Positions 25,801-37,800 of a DNA stretch of 64,000 bases are shown piece by piece. Numbering within the stretch: position 1 is the first letter of the stretch; each line of letters begins with the position of its first letter. The notes below the pieces were generated by a model. It saw only the letters and a program-made list of their open reading frames with translations, did not search any database and was not told where the DNA came from. This DNA is from Phoronis australis (Eukaryota; Animalia; Phoronida). A program made the position numbers and the translations under genes. The stretch spans positions 766,737 to 830,736 of the forward strand of contig NMRA01000149.1 in the NCBI GenBank assembly GCA_002633005.1. The letters run 5' to 3'.

Positions 25801-28800
25801 AAAGCTACCTAATAACCAAATGAATCCAGTTCTCGACTCACTCAATGTTCTCACAGCCTGCCCGTGGAAGATTAACAAGCCAGTAGGTTAACTTTGTATC
25901 ATTGGGTATGAAGTAGTATACCACACAATTGATTGCTCAGTGACTTAATTTCTGCTGGGCCATACGATGCATGAATATTTTTCCTACAACTCAGTTAACA
26001 TCTCGGATAAGAGCTGCGATGTAGTAGAAATCTCCAGAAATAACCTGCATCTGTGAGACGTTTTTCAGCGCATGATAAGGCATCCCCTGCTGACTAATGT
26101 ACCTTTAGGAAGTTTTCACCACCTGGGCGGTAATTTTAAAAGTTCCTAAATGACAGCATCATTTTAAAATGGCTAGTTTCATTGTTAAAGGTGTTTTGCT
26201 GATGATGATCTGGCAGTAACTGATGTCACCATTCAGTGTGAAGACAGAGTTTCCAGACATATTTTACTGTTGAACAAAGCTTCCAGAAGCTCTAAACAAG
26301 ATGTGTTGTGTATTAGTGTAAGGGAACATTCACAGCTTTCAGCAATTGTACTGAACAACCCCCCCCCCCCAGAAAGTGTGTAAGATTATGTTGATAGTTT
26401 GGTGACCAAACACAATTGATTTTTCAATTTTATGTTGCGTACTAAGTGAGAGCTACAATTTTAGAAATTTTTACTTCATTCATGACATTTTATGTGTGTG
26501 AATGAACAGAAATTTTTTAACTGCAAGTATTTTATCTTCATGTTTTTTATTGTCACAAAAACATTCAGTTGTTAATCTCTCTCCTTACTGCTTGAGAACT
26601 TGATACAGAATTCTGTATGGTCGCTCACAAGCTTCTTGTTTGCAGGTTCTAGACCTCGTCATTGACATGTTCAACAACAAGGGTGACAAGGACCTTGATA
26701 TACCCCCTCCTGTTTCCGAGTGTCCCCCATTGCCAAAACTGACCTTGTAAGTACACAACTATCTGTGGTAGTGCTTTTGGTTGATTAAACTCCACTGACG
26801 ATCCACTGATCAATGCTGTACAGTTGTGTTTTTCTTTTGTATTAGTATATAGTATTTATTTATTTATTATAGTGACGAGTACAATTAAATCAATTTTGTA
26901 TAACATTCGTAATAGAGATAAGTACCCAGCCCAGTTTGGCTTATTAGTCACTTTAACCACACAACTCAGATGTAGGCCTACCATAAATGCGTCGGTTTCT
27001 AAGTCCAAAAGCAGACTTGATATATTTGGCAAATTGCCTACTAGGGAAATACTGAAATAGCAGTTTTAACGTATCTAATCTACTGAAATCTACAAAGTTC
27101 AGGATTTGAAGTGAAACATTAAACAGAATAGACCTTGGTGAGTTACAAAGAGAACAATCAAACACAAAGTGTAGCTTATCTTCCACAGAGCCAGAGTCAC
27201 AACACAAGCGAAGTCTTTCACTTACTGGAGTGTTTACATAACGTCCAGTTTCCAAGTGCAATGGGAGATTTCCTGCTCTAAGCTGAGCCAAAAGAGACCG
27301 CTCGGAACGAGTTAAATTAATCTTTACATATGGCTCAGTTAAAAACTCATGCTTAAATAAAATATAGGTTCTTAACTTGGGTTTTGTTACAACAGATTCA
27401 GCCCAAGCATGTTTCACGTATTCAAATAGTTTGTTTCTAGCGTCTACTATGTTACAAGTAGTCAAATTTTACAAACAGGATTGCATACCAGTTATGTTAA
27501 ACATATCTTCCCTAACGCTCTACCAGAAGCTTCAGATAATGTATTCAAATTTTCTTTGAAGTCAAGGTGTTGATCCAGAATACAGCCTAAATATTTGTAT
27601 GAGGATTTATAAGAGATGATACTGTTCAAAATAAATTCAAAATTGCTTCTAGGTATAGACTTAGCTCGAAAATGTACAACATTAGCTTTTGCCATGTTCA
27701 CAACCATTCTCCAATTTTTACACCAGTTGTTTAAAACCTTCAACATATCTTGCATGTAATTTTCATTCTCAGACAAAAGTGCAATATCGTCGGCATAAAG
27801 AAGCACTGAAATATTGTGCGGGCCACATTGGGCATCTTTACCCAGTTTTTTAATATCCAGAGCTCAGTCGTTTATATGTAATGCAAAGAGTGTCGGTGAT
27901 AAAACGTTCCCCTGACGGACACCATTTTCAGGAGTGAACCAACCACTGTACTGAGTGCCATTTAATCGTGTACAGTTCAATGGACTTCTGTAAATGATAC
28001 GAATTGCATCATACATTGTACCATTAATATTATTTTGCAGTAATTATAAAACAGAAGTTCATGGTTTGTCCAGTCAAAGGCTTTTTTCATGTCCACAAAT
28101 GTAGATAGGTTAGACGACTTTCTTGTTTGAATAATTGGTGACAGGACATATAAGTGATCAATACAAGACTGTTGGCTTTGAAAACCATTTTGCTCATCAA
28201 CTAAAATATTGTTCTGTTCACAGACATCCAAAATTCTATTATTCAGCACAGCACTGAAGATTTTATAAATATTGGAAAGAAGACTAATCCCACGGTAGTT
28301 CAAAGGTAACCTAGGGTCTGTATGTTAATATGGATTTAGGTTGAGCTGAGCCACCACGAGCTTGCAATTGACTGAAAATGTTGGGGTATTTTTTAGGGGT
28401 AGTGCAATGAAGGTACCTATCTTTAATTGTCAAAATTCTTGGGATACAGTTTTATCCCACATAGTTGACAAACAATTTCCCAATTTGTACCATGTAGAAA
28501 GAGACTCAGTGCTAAATATTGGATCACAAACAGTACTATTATTGCCCATGGTCTGAACATGGTGATTCTCTTGTTTCTTCTAGCTCCTTTGCAGTGTCTG
28601 TAATGGTCACCTTATCTAGAAAGAACTCCAGTGCTCAACTTTTTGACCTGCGTCGCCAATGAGACTTCAGATTGTGTTTGGCAACCTGGGAAAAATCTCG
28701 AGTTGCCACATAGTTGCCACTGCGAGTATCAAAGTTAGACAATAAATCCACCTAAATTGGTTTCAAATTCCGTGTTGACTTTCAAACTTCAAATTACTAA

Positions 28801-31800
28801 CAGTTTTCTTAGATTCACAATTGTTCTGTTAGTTTCATGAAATCAGTGCATTTGCCACCACAGCAGTCATCAGACATCACACACGTGCTTAAATTACAAC
28901 AGGAGGTAAACAGATGGTCGTAATTGTTCAGCTAAAATCAGTGAAATATGCACCACCAGTGTACACAATGGTCTGCTTCCCATGTTGGTTGGTTGGCGGG
29001 GAAGGTATTGAGTTACAGAATGAATGTACACGTTTTTATGCGCCCATATATTTATATGGGGGACGCATTATGCGGTCATCTCCGTCCGTCCGTCTGGCGT
29101 CTGTCCAGCGTCCGTGCATCCGGCGTTCGCTGCTCTATCTCCAAAATGCCTTGACGTATGTTCATGAAATTTTGCACATGTGTTCCTTTTGTGGATGGTA
29201 CGGCATGAGCGAACTTTCGGACAGATCCGACTACCGGTGTGCCCCTTAGTGGCAATTTTAGTTTTTTACGTTTTCCTCTATCTTCAAAAGTCCTGAACGG
29301 ATTTTCATAAAATTTGGTATATAGGCACCTATTAGTGAGATGACGCTATCCTCCTGTTTTCAGATGGATTTGACGTAGTTTGCGCCACCTATTGGCCATA
29401 TTTACTATTTTCGAGTCTTGCGTCCAGCCCTCTGTCAACCAAACCGCTCAAAGGATGATTGTGAAAATTGGCACGTATGTTCTTACTATGAAGTGAACAG
29501 CTGACGAGGATTTTCCGATGACTTCGAATACTGTGGCGCATCCTAGTGGCAGTTTTGTTTTTTTTTGCGCCTTTGGCTGTATCCCCTAAACCGTTTGCAG
29601 GATCTTTACTAAATTTAGTAAGTGTGTTTATATGATGTTAATAATGGAGAACGACGACTTTCAGACGGCTCTGACCACTGGTGTGCCACTTAGTGGCAAT
29701 TTTATTTTTTTAGGTTTACCTCTGTATATTCGAAGGTCCTCAACGTATTTTCATACAATTTGGCATTCATGCATCTGTTAATGAGGTAACGCTATCTCTC
29801 CGTTTTCAGATGGATTGGACCTAGTTTGCGCAACCTAGTGGCCATTTTTACTGTTTTCGAGTCTGTTTTTTGGCGTCCACTCTATCAACCAAACCGCTTT
29901 CAGGATAATTGTGAATGATTTTCTGACGAGTTCGACTACTGTGGTGCCTCCTAGTGGCAGTTTTTTTATTTGCGCTCATTGCTGTATCTATTAAACTGTT
30001 GGCAGGATCTTTACTTAATTTAGCAAGTGTAATTATATGATGTTGACAATAGACGACGTCGACTTTCAGACGGATCTGACTACTGGTGTGCCCCCAGTGG
30101 CAATTTTAGTTTTTTACGTTTCCCAGTCTGTATCTTCAAAGGTGCTCAACAGATTTTCATAAAATTTTGAATATAGGCATCTGTTGGTGAGATGACGCTA
30201 TCATCCTGTTTTTGGATCGAATCGAGGTATTTTGCGCCATCTGGTGGCCATTTTTGCTGTTTTCAAATCTTGTTTTTGGCGTCCACCCCTCGATCAACCA
30301 AAGCATTCTAGGGATGGTTTTGAAAATTGGCTTATATGTTCTCAGTGTGAAGAATATGTTTGATGATGGGAACTGACTACTGTGGCGCCTCCTAGTGGTA
30401 GTTTTGTTTTGTTTTGCGCCCATAGCTGTATCTCCAAAACCCACTGCAGGATCTTTATTAAATTTAATAAGTGAATTTATATGAAGATAACAGACGACGT
30501 CTTTCAGGCGGATGGAACGGACGCTGTGCCCACAAGTGGCAATTTCATTTTGTTCTGTTTTCCTTTGTTTCTCTGAAGTTTCTTGACAGATTTTTATGAA
30601 ATATGGCATGTTCCCGTTTTTGGATGGATTGTACATTTTTGCGCCATCTAGTGGCCATTTTTATGATACAAATATACAACCCTAAAAGCACACCATTTGC
30701 AATGCTTTTGTGGGCGCATTTCAACGCTCCGCGTTGCTCGTTTGTATAGTCGAACTTTTCAACGGATCCTCGGATTTTAATTGGCGAATTTAGATTTTGC
30801 TTGGTGGTCTCGTATTTTCACTAGGTCACCAAATGCAACTTGGCATTAAGCCAAGCTTCGAGCGCTGATTTATCATCCCATTTGTGTTGCATGACTTACA
30901 TTCTAGTGACAATGTTTTCATAGGCATAAAATTGACATGAAAACAATATTCAAAGGTTGTTTTGTCATTCAAACCATTGAACTTAACTATGGACATTTCT
31001 ATGCAGAGACATGACAAGTGCTGAAAAGTCTAAGCTGTTACGAGAAAGGATGCGTCTCAAACAGAAACAGTCTGAAATGTACAGTCTCTGGTGTAATGAG
31101 CTCTACAAATTGTCCATCGCTAACATGGTCAGTAACTGGATTTGACTGCTCTTTTGTCTCTTATTTAAATTGTATCAGTGATAATTACTGCTTGTTCACT
31201 TTCCTTAGGTGAAGCAAGCTTTTTGTCTATCAGTAACATATTCAGGAGCTGTGGATTAAAGTGGGCCAGTGCTGTTCTCGTCATTTGAGAATTTTGTTTA
31301 GTAATTATATTAGTCATAATTACTGCTTTTTCACTTTCCTTTCTATCATGATCACTGTCTACTGTAGAACCATCGAACAGTGACCAAATTTGGCAAAGTT
31401 TAAGCATCATATCACGGAAATGGCAGATTAGATTCGTAGAAAACTTTCAGGCCTTATATTTTATGTACTGTTCTCCAAAACTCTGTTTGAAATTTTAAAC
31501 TTTTCCACGTTTGAATGCTATGAAAAATACGACTTGTATGATTTTTATGTAAAACTCAAAAGTGGCTTAAAACAAAAATGAAATGATAAATTTAGAAAAC
31601 TGCGACAGAATTTTGGAGAATTCATCTTGTACATGTAAATCAATCAAAATTTGGTTATGTTATTGATATCGTATATGCTATGGAAGTTGGTTTCTTTTTG
31701 CTAAATTTTAGTAAAAAGGCATGGTCGGGTGTTGTATTTAATAGCAGATTGATAGTAAAGATCGGATTTTACAGGCTTTTTACTTACAGAAACTTTCAAC

Positions 31801-34800
31801 TTTTACTGAGTTCAACTCTTTAGTGTTGAAGATAATTGGTCAAATATGTCAACATGTCCTACTTAACATTAAGTAGGACTATTCTTTTGCAACATTATTG
31901 TCTCCCAGCTTGTTCATCTTATGTTCAACAGGTACTTGTTAGTGTCTCCCAGCTTGTTCATCTTATGTTCAACAGGTACTTGTTAGTGTCTCTCAGCTTG
32001 TTGATCGTTATGTTCAACTGGTACTTGTTAGTGTCTCCCAGCTTGTTCATCTTATGTTCATCAGGTACTTGTTAGTGTCTCTCAGCTTGTTCATCTTACG
32101 TTCATCAGGTACTTGTTAGTGTCTCCCAGCTTGTTCACCTTATGTTTAACTGTTGTTCACATTATTTCAGTTTAGGGATGAGATTTTCTGGTTCCCACAC
32201 AATATGGACTTCAGAGGGCGTGTATATCCTTGCCCACCACACTTCAATCACCTGGGTAAGAAGTCATTGTATTGTGCGAGTGGAAAATGTATGTCTATTG
32301 TATGTAAGAGAAATGATCCAAGTTAAGTTATTCAATGAACAGATTATTTTTTTAGAAATGTTTATTTTCTTTTAAATGCTCTACTGCTTTATCTTACTGA
32401 AATGTTCTGATCCTAGTTCTTCAGTTTACGTAAGCTGATGTGATGGCTCTACTCCACAAGTTACCAAAGTCTGACGTGGCTATAATTTAACATAAACTCA
32501 GCTCTCAACTTTTCCTGTGCTGACCAGTTGAATAGCAACAAATACGGTGTTTGGTTTCCATAAATTCTGATACATAATGTTTGCTTTAACCAAATTTCTA
32601 TTATTGACAATTTACCCTACAGGAAGCGATGTGACCAGAAGTATTCTGTTATTCGCTAAAGGCAAACCACTGGGAGAGCACGGCCTTGACTGGTTGAAGA
32701 CCCATCTCATCAACCTCACCGGGTTGAAAAAGAGGTCAGTCCAACATATTTTATCTCCTCTATTGTTTATTTTTTATTTTTCTTCTAATGAAATTTACCG
32801 TAAAGTTATGTGGTGTGATATACTGCCATCTGTTGATTGTGAGAGTGATTTGACTACTGTGACAATCCCTGGTGGGACATTTTAGTTTTCGACATGAAGT
32901 CTGTTTTCTTTCAATTTTTTTGCCAAATGACTTGATATAGTAAAACTTGATACAAGAGTCCATGGCTGGGATGTGCCGACACCTGTTGCTCATTTGACAG
33001 ATTGGACTGTCATCACACCCCCTTTTGGTCATTTTAGTTTTTGACAAGATATCGCTAATTCGTTTTGTATTGTCAAAATCGCTTTATAGACTTTTGATGC
33101 ACCTTGACAGAGAGGTGTATGGTTGGGGTGCTCCAGCACAAATTAATTTTCAACTTTCAATTTATTGTTGCCCAATTAAGTCAATTATATTCTATAAAAC
33201 CAATAAGCAGCCCTTTGAAGTGGTGCAGTCATGAGTCTATTTCAACACTCAATGTGGCTCTTGTTGTTGTAGGAGTTCAAACAGTGAGAGACTGGCGTAT
33301 GCCAATGAGGTGTTGCCCAACATTATTGACTCTGCAGAAAACCCCATGTTGGTAAGCGGCTTGTTTTCAATAAACACCACATTGAGACTCTCAGTTACCT
33401 CAGTCTACCCTTTTCTCTGTTATGACGGCCCAGATAGGTTGTGAAGGGCTGTTTTGGTGGCAATTTGTTGTGTTACTGCAATGCTGTGTTAAGCAAGCTG
33501 GAATTAATAACGAGACGGAGATTTTACCATGGAGTGGAGTAAACACATTGCGCATTTCTGTGATTAAACTCCAAATGGCACAACTGCTTGTTGGCTTGGT
33601 GTAATTTTTGTTTTAAAATCAGTAAGCTAAAAAGCCACTGTTGACGAGTTTACTGAGAAAGCTTTCACTACATGAAATAGTGGAGATGAATTGTTCCTGG
33701 TGATGGCTTGGTTTACGTTGCTCTGATTTGTTTGAGTGTTCTAAGTCAACACACTTATATTTTGTGCTAACTGTCATTTTCATTTTTTACTCGTCTCACA
33801 GCATGATTGGTGGAGACAGTCTGATGAGCCGTGGCAGACCTTAGCCTGTTGCATGGAGATCTGCAATGCACTCCAGTCGGATGATCCCGTGGCTTACATC
33901 AGCCATTTTCCTGTTCACCAAGATGGCTCGTGTAACGGTCTGCAGCACTATGCTGCCCTTGGGCGGGACCAAGCAGGGGCTGAGTCTGTCAACCTCCACC
34001 CCTTCCCTGTTCCCCAGGATGTTTATAGTGATGTAGCAGAATTGGTGAGTGCTAAGTAACCCTAGGCCTAGAACTGGAGAGCTTGAAGTCTGGGTTCCGA
34101 TAACCACAGGCCTAGAGCTGGGAAAGTCTGGGTTCTATGTGTTGATGGGAGTGAAGTACTTTAAATGATAATGAGAATGGTTGATGTGTTTATTTGAAAT
34201 GCTGTTAATTATATTGTGGTTACCCTCGTCTGTTAGGTTGTCAGTTACCTTTCAGATCTAGGTGGTAGTTGTATGATTAGATGGTTGAGAGTAGTTATCA
34301 ATCCATCCAAATGAAAATGTGCGATAACTGCTAGTGATTGGATTTGGCTAATCTGGATATGTGTCTTGTAGTTCTGACATAGAATACTCTGTTGAAGGCA
34401 GTTGGCTCTTCATTATAGTACAACTGTAATATTGACATATTTCTGTTTTTAGGTTGAGAAAATTCGAGTGTCCGATGCTGAAAATGGACACCCAATTGCC
34501 AAAGTGTTGGAGGGTTTTGTCAAAAGAAAGGTTGTCATCTCTCACATACAAAGTTTAGATTCTAACTTCTGACATTAATCAAATTGTTATACTTTGAAAA
34601 ACATCCGAAAGTGTTCCCATTGGACAAACTGAACAATAACATGATGATTATAAAGCCTACCAAAAGTAAATAAATCAACATACTAACCCGGAGTTCTCTT
34701 TTATCATAGCTGGGTGCAATCGGAATTTAGTAGTTGCAGTAGCTGTCCGTCATGTTCGGGAATGTCAAAGATCATACTGGACAGTTTCTTCAATTATGAT

Positions 34801-37800
34801 TTTGTTGCGAAGTTATTCTCATTTTTTTCTTTGCTGTAAGTAAAATTGGTCACCATGTCGAGAAGGAAAAATTTGAATGGTTTTGGTTTAAAAAATCATG
34901 GTATTTCTATTTTTTTTAAATATTGCGTTTGTGTCAGAATAGGTATGACAAAGCACAGGTGTAAAGTGGTGCCTGTTTTTGTTAGGTCATTAAGCAGACG
35001 GTTATGACCACGGTGTACGGCGTCACACGATATGGTGCTAAGGTACAGATCCTGCGTCAGCTCAATGATATCCCAGAGTTCCCTCAGCAGCACGCATGGG
35101 CCGCCAGTGCTTACCTGACGGAGAAAACGTTTCAAAGTTTGCAGCAGATGTTCACTGCCACCAAGGAGATACAGGTGCGTGTTTCGGGGTGTTGGCAGCC
35201 GTGCTTGTGTGGGTGTGTTTACAGTCGTGTGTGCGTGCTTTTGCTCCTTTGTGTTACATTTTATTTTATTTTATTTTGTACTGCGTTATCCCTTGAAATT
35301 AGTTCCCGGACTTTCACTAAGATTTGATAAGTAACTGATCAGTTTGAAAGCACCATTAAGAAAATAACATGATCTAGATTGATTGTGCACTATTGGTATT
35401 GATTAGCAGGGATATGGAACTGAGGTGAGTACACTCCATTTTGCCTTTCTTCAAAGTGTAGCTTGATAATGTTTCTCTCTAAATGTTGATCAGTTGCAAA
35501 AGAAAGTCAACGGAATTAGAAAAATGAAAGAAATTATAATACTTATTTCAGAATTGTTATAGCACATACACTTAGTCGAGTATAAGATTTGTTTAGGGCA
35601 AAAACTGTTAATCTTAACTGACTGAAATTTGAACATTGTAAGCTATTCTGTGATTTTTCCTTTTTCTTATGTCAGCGTAATACTGCCCAGTGAAGGGTCT
35701 TTTAGAACGGGGCTGGAATATGAAGTTGTTAACTGATGTCTTCTGTCCCAGTTCAGTTTCCTGGCGAGATTGAAATTGTTGTGGCAGTGAAGTGTTTCTA
35801 GCTATAGTATTTGATTGTTGTGTTCATGTAGGTGTAGTTGCAAGAAAGAAAACGACTCTCATGTGTGACATTATCAACCTTCACAGGGTAATGTTTGCTT
35901 GAAGCCTACCTTCCCCAAATTGTTAGTGTTTCATTACAGGACTGGTTTACAGCCTGTGCTCAGCTCATTTGCACGGTCAAGGGACAACCAGTCCAGTGGG
36001 TGACCCCTCTGGGCTTGCCTGTCATTCAGCCGTACCATAAGAGTGTCATGGCCGCTAAAGGAGCCATGAGCATGACCAACAAGAACAACATGTTTGAGTA
36101 AGTAATCAACTTTGTAAATAACTAGGGTGCATTATTGGGCTTGTGTTATTTGACAAAAAGTGTTGGTATTGCTTGAAATTGCAAATGAAAGCCTGTGATA
36201 CCCTGCATGTGTAGTTTTGTTTTTGAAGGAAACCCAATGCCATGAAGCAGAAGAATGCCATGCCACCCAACTTCATTCATTCCCTGGACTCCACACACAT
36301 GATGTTGACGGCCCTTTATTGCCTTACGTGAGTATTGCAATTAGTGGGTGTACTAAGTACTCCAGAATTTCCCCCATTCTTTGGACTCCAGCCAGATGAC
36401 GTTTACAGCTCTCCACTGCACTACTTATCACAGCTTTCTGGGGGGGCTATGCTACTTAACATCAACCCATTCTCTTGGTTCCGCAAACCTTTTGTTGAAA
36501 GCACTGTGTTGCTTTACGTAGCAAGTGGGTGTGGTTATACCACTGAACTTCTGTACTCTATGCTAAACCCATGTGTTGTTGGCAGCTTTTCTCAGCATTA
36601 CATGGTATCTGGAAGCCTGTTAAAATGTATCTAATACACAGTGAATAAATACACAGTAAATAATTCTAAATATAGAACAGCCCGAATTAACTAGATTTTT
36701 AACTGGGTTCACTTGATTGACTTTGCCAGTTTCTGTGGTTCAATGGATAAGACATCTGATTGGTTGTTAAGCCAATGATATGTATAAGCTGGTTGTTGTG
36801 GCAGATATGGCAGAGTTAACAAGGTGAAGCTATTGACTGTCACACTGGGTGGCAAGCCTCTTTTACAGTGATGAAGTCAAAGTGGCCTAAATCAAAATTC
36901 TTTGATAGAGAAGTAAGGCGTGGGTTTATCCCATTTAAGATCAATTTACCCTACATTCATGTAGCATTTTGCCCTGTCATATATAGTACAGGTTAGTCCA
37001 AGCCACATCACATTTTGCCCTGTCATATATAGTACAGGTTAGTCCAAGCCACATCACATTTTGCCCTGTCATATATAGTACAGGTTAGTCCAAGCCACAT
37101 CACATTTTGCCCTGTCATATATAGTACAGGTTAGTCCAAGCCACATCACATTTTGCCCTGTCATATATAGTACAGGTTAGTCCAAGCCACATCACATTTT
37201 GCCCTGTCATATATAGTACAGGTTAGTCCAAGCCACATCACATTTTGCCCTGTCATATATAGTACAGGTTAGTCCAAGCCACATCACATTTTGCCCTGTC
37301 ATATATAGTACAGGTTAGTCCAAGCCACATCACATTTTGCCCTGTCATATATAGTACAGGTTAGTCCAAGCCACATCACATTTTGCCCTGTCATATATAG
37401 TACAGGTTAGTCCAAGCCACATCACATTTTGCCCTGTCATATATAGTACAGGTTAGTCCAAGCCACATCACATTTTGCCCTGTCATATATAGTACAGGTT
37501 AGTCCAAGCCACATCACATTTTGCCCTGTCATATATAGTACAGGTTAGTCCAAGCCACATCACATTTTCACATGACATTCTCATGTTAATGTGTCACTCT
37601 ACCTACAACACACTCATGTGATACATTGAATTATAACACGAAGTGGCCCATGGCATCACTGCCTTCGTGTGATACATTGAATTATAACACGAAGTGGCCC
37701 ATGGCATCACTGCCTTCGTGTGATACATTGAATTATAACAGGAAGTGGCACATGGCATCACTGCCTTCTGGGACTATTGTCTGCATTCAGTTACGTCACT

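Noticed and set aside
36965-37568. CRISPR-like regular repeat
   Set aside because: Head-to-tail identical units with no spacers, no cas genes, and a eukaryotic intron context.
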